Assembly: GCF_006345805.1 (NCBI RefSeq)
Contig: NW_021834370.1
Span: forward strand, 1 to 64,000
Direction of reading: 5' to 3'
DNA length: 64,000 nucleotides
From: Octopus sinensis
Lineage: Eukaryota
Shown: piece after piece, positions 1-12,397 of the stretch
How the letters are laid out: the number at the start of each line of letters is the position of its first letter
Numbering within the stretch: the stretch's first letter is position 1
Program-made: the position numbers and the translations under genes
Notes under the pieces: model-generated
Databases searched by the model: none
Seen by the model: only the letters and a program-made list of their open reading frames with translations
Told to the model about the DNA's origin: nothing

Positions 1-143
1 AGCGAGCAGGCCAAACAGAAGAAAGAGTGGGAGAAAGAGTCGTGAAAGAGTACAACAGGGATCACCCACACCCCTGCCGGAGCCTTGTGGAGCTTTTAGG
101 TGTTTTCACTCAATAAACACACACAACGCCCGGTCTGGGAATC
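1..143 (-). mobile_element. Partial tRNA-derived SINE, family A
   Basis: Reverse complement of the internal part of the copy at 1987. Confidence 0.75.
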
Positions 144-271
144 ATTTGTACATTTCTACTGCTTTTAGTTTTTTTTTTCCCTGTTTTCAGCTACTATTTT
201 CAGAAAGACTTTATTGCCCCCATTCCACCCCTCCCCTCCAATTTCTTCATTTTTTCACTTTTTCTGTAACT

Positions 272-483
272 CTAAACCTAAAATCCCAATCCTAACCCTA
301 AACCTAACCGTAACCCTAAAACCTTAACCCTAACTCTAAAACCCTAACCTGACCCTAAAACCCTAACCCTACTCTAAAACCCTAACTCTAACCCTAAAAT
401 CCTAACCTTAAATCTAAAACCCTAACCCTAACCCTAAATCTCTAACCCTAAAACCCTAACCCTAACCCTAAAACCCTAAAGCT
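272..483 (+). repeat. Degenerate (CCCTAA)n telomere-like tract
   Basis: ctaaccctaa / ctaaaaccctaa units. Confidence 0.8.
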
Positions 484-809
484 AAAACCAGTACAAACGC
501 ACGAACTATGTCATAAATAACAGTGACAAACGAAATACACACTGCCGGAAGATATTGTTGACAAACATCGGCAGTAATTTTATTCAGCTGAATACACGTC
601 ATTGATTGGTTGAAATTACCGAAATACGACAACTTTAACATGAAATAACTTTGTATATATAAACTTTTCTCAAAAATGCTAAGAGTAAAAGATGTTTTAT
701 ATGACACATTCTACCAGTGTCCGAAGTGTCTGAAAGTGTTTAGTTACAAAAAATTAATTTCTCGATCTGCCGTTGAAAGGGTAAAGATCCATCCTTTATT
801 TGGGCACGT

Positions 810-1142
810 AACAAACACCATCCGATCGTGGCCGTGCCAGTGGCCCGTAAAAAACACCATCCAAGCGTGGCCGTTCGCCAGCGTCGTCTGGCACCTGTGT
901 CGATGGCACAAAAAAAAACACCATCCAAGCATGGCCGTTTGCCAGCCTCGTCTGGCACCTGTGTCGGTGGCACATAAAAAGCACCCACTACACTCACGGA
1001 GTGGTTGGCGTTAGGAAGGGCATCCAGCTGTAGAAACACTGCCAGATCTGACTGGCCTGGTGCAGCCTTTGGGCTTCCCAGACCCCAGGTGAACTGTCCA
1101 ACCCATGCTAGCATGGAAAGCGGACGTTAAACGATGATGATG
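810..1142 (+). mobile_element. 3' UTR fragment of RTE-type LINE (family D)
   Basis: Matches the 3' UTR that follows the RTE ORF at 57985-59116 and ends AAACGATGATGATG. Further fragments lie near 2945, 9285, 21955, 27903, 36300, 37610, 40649, 45765, 57559 and 63030. Confidence 0.75.
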
Positions 1143-1608
1143 TATATGTATATATTTTTTCTTCTGTTTCCTATCCATTCTTCAATGTTTCCATGGTAAC
1201 CATACTGTTTGATGCATTCTGTGGCAGTCCTTCGGCACAAACTCTCCAAATGATTTCTCGTCAGAAGAAACAAAAAAACCCAAAAAACCTTCAACCCACT
1301 GCACTTTTGTTCACTCAACTGCAGATGCAGACAACATGCACACATGCATATATACAAAAAGCTGTTATAAAAACGATAATGATGCACAAATATGCAACAC
1401 ACACACACTCATATTTAAGAAGCCACTTACATACAAGAAAATATTCTCATTTAGAGGACTCCTGGGTCACTTAGTCATCAAGAGTAATATAATTCATTCA
1501 TTTTTCAATATTGTCTTGTGTGAAACATTTGGCCTTTTGTAGTAAATCATTTTTATTATAATTTTTATCTAATAAATATTAATGAATAAATTTTTGCCTC
1601 TTCTTCAG

Positions 1609-1785
1609 ATTTAAATGACAATGATTGGCACAAGCTTGAATTGAACATGGATATCAATACTGGCGGATTTGCTGTATCATTAGATTCCTACACTTCCCAG
1701 CAGGGGGAGCTCAAAGCCTTTGAACCTTTGATCCGCCAAAATGCCTTACAGTGGGAACATTTACCATCTTCTATATATTATGGAG
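1609..1785 (+). CDS. axo: Exon 1 in window: C-terminal half of a laminin G domain
   Basis: ttcttcag|AT...GGAG|gtatgg; DLNDNDWHKLEL...SSIYYGG; 177 nt, phase 1-1. Confidence 0.88.
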
Positions 1786-1829
1786 GTATGGATGTTTTTG
1801 TTGCTGTTGTTGTTGTTGTTGTGTAATTC

Positions 1830-2935
1830 CATGTCAGTCCTGATCTAGTAGTCCTATGATCAAAGTCGTTCCAACTGTGACCATCCTGTATGTATTCAGA
1901 CATAGAGTATCAAAGACTACATTATTTAATGTTACCCTCCTTGTTGTTGTTGTTTTTATTGTTCAGCCCCAGGTCAGCCATGATCAGTGGAGTCGCAATG
2001 GCCCAGTGGTTAGGGCAGCGGACTCGCGGTCGTAGGATCGCGGTTTCGATTCCAGACCGGGCATTGTGAGTGTTTATTGAGCGCAAACACCTAAAAGCTC
2101 CACGAGCTCCGGCAGGGGATGGTGGTGATCCCTGCTGTACTCTTTCACTACAACTTTCTCTCATCTTACTTCCTGTTTCTGTTGTACCTGTATTTCAAAG
2201 GGCCGGCCTTGTCACTCTCTGTGTCACGCTGAATATCCCTGAGAACTACGTTAAGGGTGCACGTGTCTGTGGAGTACTCAGCCACTTACACGTTAATTTC
2301 ACGAGCAGGCTGTTCCGTTGATTCAGATCAACCGGAACCCTCATCGTCGTAACCGACGGAGTGCTTCCAACCAGCCATGATCCCATAGACCTATGATAGA
2401 TGTTCCAGCTGTGACCATCCTGTCTTTTAATCAGGCAACATCTGTCTTGGCTTACATTATCTAAGGTGTATTTCTTCCTTATTTAGCCCCAGGTCAGTCC
2501 TTATCCAGCAGACCTATGATCACAGACGTTCCCGTTCTGACCATCCTGTCTTTTAATCAGACAACATTTATCTTGGATTACATTATCTAAGGTGAACTTC
2601 TTCCTTATTTAGCCCCAGGTCAGTCCTTATCCAGCAGACCTATGATCACAGACGTTCCAGTTCTGACCATCCTGTCTTTTAATCAGACAACATTTATCTT
2701 GGATTACATTATCTAAGGTGTATTTCTTCCTTATTTAGCCCCAGGTCAGTCCTTATCCAGCAGACCTATGATCTCAGACGTTCCAGTTCTGACCATCTTG
2801 TCTTTCCTTCAGGCATAGTCTTTCTAGGACTACATTGTTTAATGTGTCCTTCTTTGTTGTTATTGTTCAGCCCCAGGTCAGTCCTGATTCAGCAGATCTA
2901 CGATTAAAAACGTTCCATCCATGACCATCCTGCAG
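1830..2935 (+). repeat. ~121-bp minisatellite interrupted by a SINE
   Basis: Unit ccccaggtcagtcc...gacctatgat...gaccatcctgtc...tacatt; same family as 55690-56590. Confidence 0.85.
1987..2369 (+). mobile_element. tRNA-derived SINE, family A, full length
   Basis: A box TGGCCCAGTGG, B-box-like GGTTTCGATTCC; TSD cagccatgatc at 1975-1985 and 2372-2382. Confidence 0.9.
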
Positions 2936-3142
2936 TATTCCAGTCCCCAGTCAAACTGTCCAACTCATGCCAGCATGGAAAACGGACATTAAACGATGGT
3001 GATGATGATGATGATGATGCAGTGAGGTGGCAAATACTCCTCAGCATTCTGTTTGTCCTTTGTGTTCTGAGTTCTGTTTGTGTGTTGCTGGCATGGTGCC
3101 AAGATTTGAAACCATTCTTATTGGCTCCATTGTTTGACCTGT

Positions 3143-3528
3143 GTGGAGGCGCAATGGCCCAGTGGTTAGGGCAGCGGACTCGTGGTCATAGGATCGCGGT
3201 TTCGATTCCCAGATCGGGCGTTGTGAGTGTTTATTGAGCGCAAACACCTAAAAGTTCCACGAGGCTGGCAGGGGATGGTGGTGAACCCTGCTGTACTCTT
3301 TCACCACAACTTTCTCTCACTCTTACTTCCTGTTTTCTGTGTACCTGTATTTCAAGGGGGCCGGCCTTGTCACTCTCTGTGTCACGCTGAATATATCCCC
3401 TAGAACTACGTTAAGGGTACACGGTCTGTGGAGTGCTCAGCCACTTACACTTTAATTTCACGAGCAGGCTGTTCCGTTGATTCGGATCAACCGGAACCCT
3501 CGTCGTCGTAACCGACGGAGTGCTTCCA
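3143..3528 (+). mobile_element. SINE family A, full length
   Basis: Near-identical to the 1987 copy; TSD (tcca)ttgtttgacctgt. Confidence 0.9.
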
Positions 3529-3744
3529 TTGTTTGACCTGTTGAGGTATTGAATAAAACAGTTTACAGAATTTGCTGTGGTTCTTTACATTCTGAGTTCA
3601 AATCTTACCAAGGATATCATTACTGTTCATATTTCCTGGGGCAGGGTAATCATTAATACTGTACCAGTCATGAACTGGGGTTCACATAATCAACTCTCCC
3701 CACCCCCACATCAAATTGTTAGTCTTCTGCTTATGTAAGAAGTT

Positions 3745-4490
3745 ATGATTTCATTCATTTTCCTTCTTTTTTCTTTCATAATTTTCTTTTTTTCTCATTC
3801 TTTTCCTTTTTTTTTTCAAAATTTTTTTTTCATCATTTTTCCTTCTTTTTCTTTCACAGTTTTCTTTTTTCTCATCTTTTTCCTTCTTTTTCCTTCGTAT
3901 TTTCTTTCTTCTCTTTCACTCTTTTTCCTTTTTCCTTTCATAATTTTCTTTCTTCTCTTTCATTCTTTTTCGTTTTTTCTTTCATAATTCCTTTTCCTCC
4001 ATTCTATTTCCTTCTTTTTTCCTTCATAATTTTCTTTTTCCTTCATAATTTTCTTTCTTCTCTTTCATTCTTTTTCCTTTTTTCTTTCATATTTTCCTTC
4101 TTTCATTTTTTTTTCCTTTTTCTTTCACAATTTTCTTTCTTCTTCCTCTCATTCTTTTTCCTTCTTTTTTCTTTCTTAATTTTCTTTTTCCTCTCATTCT
4201 TTTTCCTTCATAATTTTCTTTCTTCTTTTTTATTCTTTTTCCTTTTTCCTTCATAATTTTCTTTCTTCTTTTTCATTCTTTTTCCTTCTTTTTCCTTCAT
4301 AATTTCCTTTTTCCTCTCATTCTTTTTCCTTCATAATTTTCTTCTTCTTTTTATTCTTTTTCCTTTTTCCTTCATAATTTTCTTTCATAATTTCCTTTTT
4401 CCTCTCATTCTCTTTCCTTCTTTTTTCCTTCATAATTTTCTTTCTTCTCTCTCTCTCATTCTTTTATCATTTATCCTTCTCTTTATCCTT
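3745..4490 (+). repeat. Pyrimidine-rich low-complexity tract before exon 2
   Basis: Reiterated ttcataattttctttc / cattctttttcc. Confidence 0.85.
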
Positions 4491-4494
4491 CCAG

Positions 4495-4749
4495 GCACTG
4501 ATGTACCTCAGAGCTCTGACTTTATCTCGTTTATTGGTTGCCTGAAGGACCTGATGTATGAGAACTCCGATGGGGACTATATTCACGTACCCATAGAGGC
4601 GTCGCAGAATGTGACAGAGGGGTGCCACCATCAGTGTGACGAAGAGGAGAATCCCTGCCAACATAACAGCACGTGTATTAACCACTATGACCACGTCACA
4701 TGCGAGTGCTTTGGCACGGATTACGAAGGGGAACTCTGCGAGAAAGAAG
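4495..4749 (+). CDS. axo: Exon 2: LamG end plus EGF-like domain
   Basis: cttccag|GC...GAAG|gtgaga; FIGCLKDL...CDEEENPCQHNSTCINHYDHVTCECFGTDYEGELCE; 255 nt, phase 1-1. Confidence 0.93.
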
Positions 4750-4764
4750 GTGAGAACTAGTATT

Positions 4765-5235
4765 CTTTTATTCTTGTTTCGGGCATTTGACTGCGGCCAT
4801 GCTGGAGCACCACCTTTAGCCCCCCAACAAATCAACCCCGGGACTTATTTTGCTGGTCTCTTTTGCCGAAGCGCTAAGTGACAGGAACGCAAACACACCA
4901 GCATCAGTTGTCAAGCGATTGGGGGGGCGGGGGCAACCAGACACACAAACACATACATACAACATACATATATATATATTATACATACTATATATATATA
5001 TATATATTATATATAATATATATATATATATATATACATATATACATATATATATAATAATATATATATAATAATATATATATTAATATATATACTATTA
5101 TATATATACATATCTCATACATATATACAATATATATATATATATATGTATATATATATCTATATTATATATATATGTATATGTATATATACTATATGTA
5201 TATGTATATTACATATATGTATAATGTATATATAC

Positions 5236-5282
<47 letters not shown>

Positions 5283-5331
5283 ATATATATATATATATAT
5301 ATATATTACATCTATATATATAATATATACA

Positions 5332-5362
<31 letters not shown>

Positions 5363-5525
5363 GCCAGCTTGCATACGTGGCCTGCCATTTGGCCAGCGGG
5401 GTGGTGTCATTTGAAGGCTAAAACAATGCGAACGCATTGTGACCAGCGATGTGTAACAACATCTGATGGTCTGGTCAGTCACGTGATCACATGATTATAT
5501 ATATACATACATATATATATAAATA

Positions 5526-5556
<31 letters not shown>

Positions 5557-6186
5557 AAACTACTGGGAGAATAAGATGGAACGATTGAATCAAACCCGAC
5601 GCGAAGGCGCTGTCAGACAATAGTGTAATAATAAAATATATGCATACATACAAACATATATGTACGTACCTACATCTACATGTATATATACATGCATATA
5701 TAAATATAATATACATGAGTACAGGACACCACAACTAGATGTAGAACTCAATGAGAAATGAAAACGGAAAAACCATTTTTTTACAACAGAAAAAGAGTAC
5801 AGATGTCCTGTACTCTGTTTTTCTGTTGTAAAAAAATGGTTTTTCCGTTTTCGTTTCTCGTTGAGTTCTACGTCTAGTTGTGGTGTCCTGTACTCATGTA
5901 TATATATTTATATATGCATGTATATATACATGTAGATGTAGGTACGTACATATATGTTTGTATGCATATATTTTATTTATTACACTATATATATATATAT
6001 ATATATATATGAATGTATATATATGTATATATACGATGGGCTTCTTTCAGTTTCCGTCTACCAAATCCACTCACAAGGCTTTGGTCAGCCCAAGGCTATA
6101 GTAGAAGACACTTGCCCAAGGTGGCACGCAATGGGAATGAACCTGGAACCATGTGGCTGGTAAGCAAGAACCTTCCCACACAGCCC
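4765..6186 (-). mobile_element. SINE family B copy split by an expanded central (TA)n and nested inserts
   Basis: 3' half at 4765-4960 and 5' half at 6031-6186, colinear with intact copies. Confidence 0.7.
5620..5988. repeat. Long palindrome (foldback), arms of ~175 bp
   Basis: atagtgtaata...gagtacag | atgtc | ctgtactc...tattacactat. Confidence 0.9.
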
Positions 6187-6199
6187 ATTATCATCATCA

Positions 6200-6202
<3 letters not shown>

Positions 6203-6231
<29 letters not shown>

Positions 6232-6628
6232 TTCTATGTTTGACTTTTGCTTTATATTTGTACAAGTTGGCTCCAAGTCTCACCCAGAGACCTCAAGAGA
6301 CAACAGGGTTGGAAGTTCACATTGTTGTTATGCCTAGTGTGCCATGTATTTGGTTTTTTTTTTTTGGTGTTGTACTAGTGAATGTCTAAAATAAAAAACC
6401 AAAATTATGTTTGTTTTAAACCCTGAGATTACATAGAAAGTATTTTGCGTAGGATATGAGCAGTTCCCATGGGCACTATCTTTTGAATTTCTGCCATTTT
6501 GGGGTTTCCTGGTATCTGAGTTAGGTAGCAATCAGCCCCTTTCGCTATCATTCCCTGGGCACCTATGACAACAGGCATTGTTTTAGTCTTCAGGTTCCAC
6601 ATTTTGCTGATTTCCATTTCAAGATTTA
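6203..6628 (-). mobile_element. 3' fragment of R4/Dong-like (RLE-type) non-LTR retrotransposon
   Basis: EISKMWNLKTKTMPVVIGAQG...IQKIVPMGTAHILRKIL* resembles the R4/Dong C-terminus; the 3' end runs into (TAA)n. Confidence 0.75.
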
Positions 6629-6878
6629 CTCTTTACTCTTTTACTCTTTTACTTGTTTCAGTCATTTGACTGTGGCCATGCTGGAGCACCACCTTTAGTC
6701 GAGCAAATCGACCCCAGGACTTATTCTTTGTAAGTCCAGTACTTATTCTATCGGTCTCTTTTGCCGAACCGCTAAGTGACGGGGACATAATCAAACCAGC
6801 ATCAGTTGTAAAAGCGATAGTGGGGGGACAAACACAGACACACAAAACATACACCACACTTACATATTATATATATAT

Positions 6879-6924
<46 letters not shown>

Positions 6925-7080
6925 TACGACAGGCTTCTTTCAGTTTCCGTCTACAAATCCACTCACAAGGCATTGGTTGGCCCGAGGCTATAGCAGAAGA
7001 CACTTGCCTAAGGTGCCACGCAGTGGGACTGAACCCAGAACCGTGTGGTTGGTAAGCAAGCTACTTACCACACAGCCACT
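6625..7080 (-). mobile_element. SINE family B (central microsatellite, (TAAAAGAG)n tail)
   Basis: Head GTGGCTGTGTGGTAAG...GGTTCAGTCCC; high similarity to about 12 other copies. Confidence 0.88.
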
Positions 7081-7090
7081 ATTTGCTCAG

Positions 7091-7123
<33 letters not shown>

Positions 7124-7443
7124 GGCTATGGGTTGGAAGGGTAGTCAGCATGCCAGACAAAATCCAAATTCCATCGCGGTTGACATTTCTTATAATTTTT
7201 TCTAAGGTTGATAAAGTAAGTACCAGTTGAATACTGGGGAGAGGGGGGGGGGGTAATTGACTTTACTACCACCCCACCCTCGCCACCGTCCCGAAAATGG
7301 CTGTTGAACTGACAGACTCATCTCTGCACCAGACAAAATTCCAGTGAATAATAAAGTAGCAGGGATGTGGGAGGGTTGCTTGTGGTTGCCATGACTGGAA
7401 GCGTGTGTGTGTGTGGGGGGGGGGAATAATCTGAAAGTTTCCT

Positions 7444-7820
7444 CTGTGTGGTAAGTAGCTTGCTAACCAACCACATGGTTCCGGGTTCAGTTGCACTGCG
7501 TGGCACCTTGGGCAAGTGTCTTCTGCTATAGCCCCGGGCCGACCAATGCCTTGTGAGTAGATTTGGTAGACGGAGACTGAAAAGAAGCCCGTCATATATA
7601 TGTATATGTTTGTGTGTCTGTGTTTGTCCCCCTAGCATTGCTTGACAACCGATGCTGGTGTGTTTATGTCCCCGTCACTTAGCGGTTCGGCAAAAGAGAC
7701 CGATAGAATAAGTACTGGGCTTACAAAAGAATAAGTCCCGTGTCGAATTGCTCGATTAAAGGCGGTGCTCCAGCATGGCCACAGTCAAATGACTGAGACA
7801 AGTAAAAGAGTAAAAAGAGA
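7444..7820 (+). mobile_element. SINE family B
   Basis: Same sequence; first bases of head missing. Confidence 0.88.
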
Positions 7821-8227
7821 GAAAAGATATATTGATATATATATATATACATACACACACGCAACATGGCCATCAACACTGCCCTCCCTTCCCCGCCTCT
7901 CAGCCCATTGCTCCCCTGCAACACCACCACCCCTGCTCTCCACGCCCTCCCCTTTCTCCTCCCAGCCAAAATGGACCACCAAGTAAACTCTGCTGGCTCC
8001 AGTTTCCAAATTAATTCTATTGGGCACTATCAGATATCTTTATATATTTCAGATATATTTATATGTATGTGTGCACACATATATATATATATATATTATA
8101 TATATATATATGTGCCCACAAATGTGTGTGTGTGTATATATATTTGTGTATATGTATGCATGTGTGTGTACGTATATATGCATATGTATGCATGTGTGTG
8201 TGTGTGTATATATGTCTGTGTGCATAT

Positions 8228-8428
8228 ACTCTCTTTTACTCTTTTATTTGTTTCAGTCATTTGACTGTGGTCATGCTGGAGCACCGCCTTTTAGTTGAGC
8301 AACTCGACCCCGGGACTTATTCTTTTGTAAGCCCAGTACTTATTCTATCGGTGTCTTATGCCGAACCGCTAAGTTACGGGGACATAAACACACCAGCATC
8401 GGTTGTCAAGCAATGCTAGATGGGACAA

Positions 8429-8459
<31 letters not shown>

Positions 8460-8632
8460 CATATATACGACAGTCTTCTTTCAGTTTCCGTCTACCAAAT
8501 CCACTCACAAGGCATTGGTCGGCCCGGGGCTATAGCAGAAGACACTTGCCCAAGATGCCAGGCAGTGGGACTGAACCCGGAACCATGTGGTTGGTTAGCA
8601 AGCTACTTATCACACACCCACTCCTGCGCCTA
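8228..8632 (-). mobile_element. SINE family B
   Basis: Full-length reverse copy. Confidence 0.88.
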
Positions 8633-9354
8633 TATATATATATTAATAAATTTTAGGGTAGCAAGAAATTCTAGAAAAAATTCTCTGCTACCAGCGGTCA
8701 AGTGAGAATGAAAAGATAGTCAATAGACTATGTATTATACATTCAAACATATAAGGGATGACCATAATAGAACATCCGACTCACTAGAAAGAGCAGCCAA
8801 ACTGCAAACCACTAATAGTTGTAATTCTGAAATGGAAAGAGAGATAAAAACGTTTACCCTCTCCTTTCTGGACTATGCATAGTTTCAGCAATCTTTTGTA
8901 AATAACATAAATTTATTTACGACTGGCGTTGCCTCTTCAGCAGAAAGCCAAGGACTTGCATATAGGCACGAGGCGATTATTTGTCTGTATCATCATCATC
9001 ATCATCGTTTATGTATATATATATATATATAATAAAATATTAGGGAATAAATCCAAACTTACAGGGAAAAATCAGATTTAGGATTAAATCCAATTTTATA
9101 GTATAAATATATTATATTATATTATATTATATTAAATTAGAGATAAAACCACTATTAGGCAAATCAACCAATGAAAAACATAAGCCAATACGTAAAATTA
9201 ATTAATTTATATTATTTTAAATATGTATCAAAAGTATAAAAAATTAATAAAGATAAATATATTATATATATATATATATATATATCATCATCATCATTGT
9301 TTAGCGTCCGCTTTCCATGCTAGCATGGGTTGGATGGTTCAACTGGGGTCTGGG

Positions 9355-9505
9355 AAATTTTACGAAAATAAACAAAAGACGAAGACAGGTGGTGTACAAA
9401 ACAAACAGATGTATTAGTATAGCGCTCAGGAATAGAAAAAAGTCTTTTACGTTTCGAGCCTATGCTCTTCTGCAGAAAGGGACACAGAAAAAACAAGGAG
9501 AGAAA
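9355..9505 (-). mobile_element. (TA)n-associated element with hammerhead-like motif (possible Penelope-like remnant)
   Basis: Related to 50180-50415 and 62520-62710. Confidence 0.55.
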
Positions 9506-9523
9506 GAAATGTTTGTGCGCATA

Positions 9524-9918
9524 TACTCTTTTTACTCTACTCTTTTACTTGTTTCAGTCATTTGACTGCAGCCATGCTGGAGCACCACCTTTAGTCGAGC
9601 AAATCGACCCCGGGACTTATTCTTTGTAAGCCCAGTACTTGTTCTATCGGTCTGTTTTGCCGAACCGCTAAGTGACGGTGGCGTAAACACACCAGCATCA
9701 GTTGTCAAGCAATGCTAGGGGAACAAACACACACACATATATATATTTATACATATATACGACAGGCTTCTTTCAGTTTCCGTCTACCAAATCCACTCAC
9801 AAGGCATTGGTCGACCCCGGGCTATAGCAGAAGACGCTTGCCCAAGATGCCACGCAGTGGGACTGAACCTGGAACCATGTGGTTGGTTAGCAAGCTACTT
9901 ACCACACAGCCACTCCTG
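9524..9918 (-). mobile_element. SINE family B
   Basis: Full-length reverse copy. Confidence 0.88.
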
Positions 9919-10239
9919 TGTATATTTAGATATACACACACATACATACACAATTTATAAACGCCCACACATTGGTGTGGGTGAATGTGTCCAAAATTTT
10001 GTTTCTTAATTTGTGTTGTTTTGTGGATGTCATGACAGTCAAGAGACAGAAAGTGTGCAAGTGTGTTTGTGTGTGTTTGTGTATGAGTGCGTGTGTGTGT
10101 GTGTGTGTGTATGAGTGCGTGTGTGTGTGTGTAATGACGTGTTCTCTTCTCTCCTCCCCGTTTCGTTCCATCTTGACTTCTCTTTGTCTAACCTAAGATA
10201 ATTGCTAACATTTACGCAGCTGGGCTTTGTATCTCGGTT

Positions 10240-10990
10240 TAGCGTGGTGGTAGTGGTAGTGGTGGTATTGGTGATGTGTGGTCTGGTCTGATGTGGTGCA
10301 GTTATGGTAGTAGTGGTGGAAGTGGTTGTGGTGGTGGTGGGGGTGACGGTGGTGGCGATAGATATATGGTTTCTCCGGTCTGGTATAGTGCAGATGCATG
10401 GTGGTGGTGGTGGTGGTTGTGCTGGTGGTGGTGATGGTGGTGTTGGCCTTGTGCAAGCAGTGTGGGGAGGCATGGCATGGAGAGGTGCTGTTGAAGTGTG
10501 GTGTGATCTTAATGTTCTGGTGTGGGAGTAATGGTGGTGGTGGTGGTGGTGGCGATGATGATGTAATAGCGTGATGGTAACAGTGGGGTGGTGATGTTGG
10601 TTGTAGTGGTGGTGGTGATGATGATGATGATGATTATGCCAGTGGTGGAGGTGACGATAGTGGTGATGGTGATGATTATTATGATGGTGGTGGTGGTGGT
10701 GATGATGATGATGGTGATGGTGGTGGTGATGATGGTGGTGGTGGTGGTGGTGATGATGATGGTGGTGATGATGATGAGGGTGATGATGATGATGATTATG
10801 CTAGTGGTGGTGGCAGTGGTGGAGGTGACGATAGTGGTGATGGTGATGATTATTGTGATGGTGGTGGTGATGAAGATGATGGTGATGATGATGATGATGA
10901 TGATGCTGATGATGATGTAATGGTGTAGCCAGCGGGGGTCGCCACACATGGGGTGGTTTAGCAATGCTGGTGGTTAGTGATGGTGGTCTG
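10240..10990 (+). repeat. (GGT/GAT)n compound microsatellite
   Basis: Direct reading. Confidence 0.85.
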
Positions 10991-11469
10991 GTGCCGTCGT
11001 GGGGTGGTGGATGAACGGTTGGTGGGAGGGTAGCGACATGACACGACGTGTTGCAGTGGCGCTTCGGTCCCCGGTTATTTGCAGTGCAGCGCGGCACATT
11101 GCGACGTGTTGCCAATAGCGACAATGTGATGTGAATGCAGTGGTGATGGTCCAATGTGGCTTGTAGCACAGAGGTGGGCAGGGTAGTAACCATAGAAACG
11201 TCTCTAGCCGAAATAATGCATTTCAACCTCCCACCTCCAGCCTGACCCACGCCACCATCCGCCCGCCCGCCCCCCCCCTTCCGTTCCCAAACTTTCGTCG
11301 GAACGGCCCCTCCTCTCACCCCTCGCCCTAATTACAGACGTTTTATTTGCTTTGTTTTTCTTTTTCTTCCCTTCAAATTATTTCCCCAGAACCTTTACGA
11401 AACGACAAAAAGTCTTTGCAAGAGTTTTGGCTTTCTTTCAAGTATTGGAAATATTTGGATTAACGGCGG

Positions 11470-12066
11470 GGGTGGGGGGATAATGGTGGGGGTGGTGGTG
11501 GTGATTGTGGTGGCGGTGGTGGTGGTAATGATGGTGACCGTGGTAGTTGTGGTGGTGGTGGTAGTAGTAGTAGTGATGGTGATCGTGGTAGTGGTAGTTG
11601 TGGTGGTGGTGGTGATAGTGGTGATCGTGGTAGTGGTAGTTGTGGTGGTGGTGGTGACAATGATGGTGATAGAACATTGTGGTGGTGGTGATGAAGGTGA
11701 TAGTAGTAGTGGTGGTAGTTGTGGTAGTGGTGGTATTAGTGTGGTTGTAGTGGTAGTGGTGGTGGTATTGTCAAGTGGTGTTTGTTGATGTAGTAGTGTT
11801 GCTGTTGTTGTTATTGTTGTTGTTGGTGGTGGTGGCGGTGGTGGTGATTGTGATGGCGGTGGTGGTGGTAGTGATGGTGATCGTGGTAGTGGTAGTTGTG
11901 GTGGTGGTGATAGTGGTGGTGGTGGTGGTGGTGGTGGTGGTAGTAGTAGTAGTGATGGTGATCGTGGTAGTAGTAGTAATGGTGGTAGTTGTGGTAGTGG
12001 TGGTATTCGTGTGGTTGTAGCGGCTGTGGTAGTGATGGTGGTATTGTCTGGTGGTGTTTGTTGTTG

Positions 12067-12098
<32 letters not shown>

Positions 12099-12118
12099 GG
12101 TGGTTGTGGTGGTGGTGA
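11470..12118 (+). repeat. (GGT/AGT/TGT)n compound microsatellite
   Basis: Direct reading. Confidence 0.85.
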
Positions 12119-12397
12119 TTTTAAATATAACAAAGAATTTAGTAAAATAACTTAGTTATCGTTAAGCTAGTGTCGGAACATAAATTGTGACTAAGGTTTG
12201 GTGGAAGATTTTAATTCGAAACTTATGAAAACTAGACATTTGTACTACAGAGCCAGAGCCGGTTTCAACTGGTTCCAGCTGGGTTGGTATCGAAAGGAAT
12301 AAAGGGAGGAAAGACAATATCAACCTTGGTATGAGTTGAACACAGGACCCAAAGATGGATGGAATGCCACGAAGTATTTTGTCCGGTCTGCTAATAT

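Noticed and set aside
1987-2060. tRNA gene
   Set aside because: A/B boxes belong to multi-copy SINE heads with TSDs; no intact cloverleaf
7965-7985. Micro-exon after ctcctcccag
   Set aside because: About 17-18 nt with a weak gtaaac donor and no protein-level support
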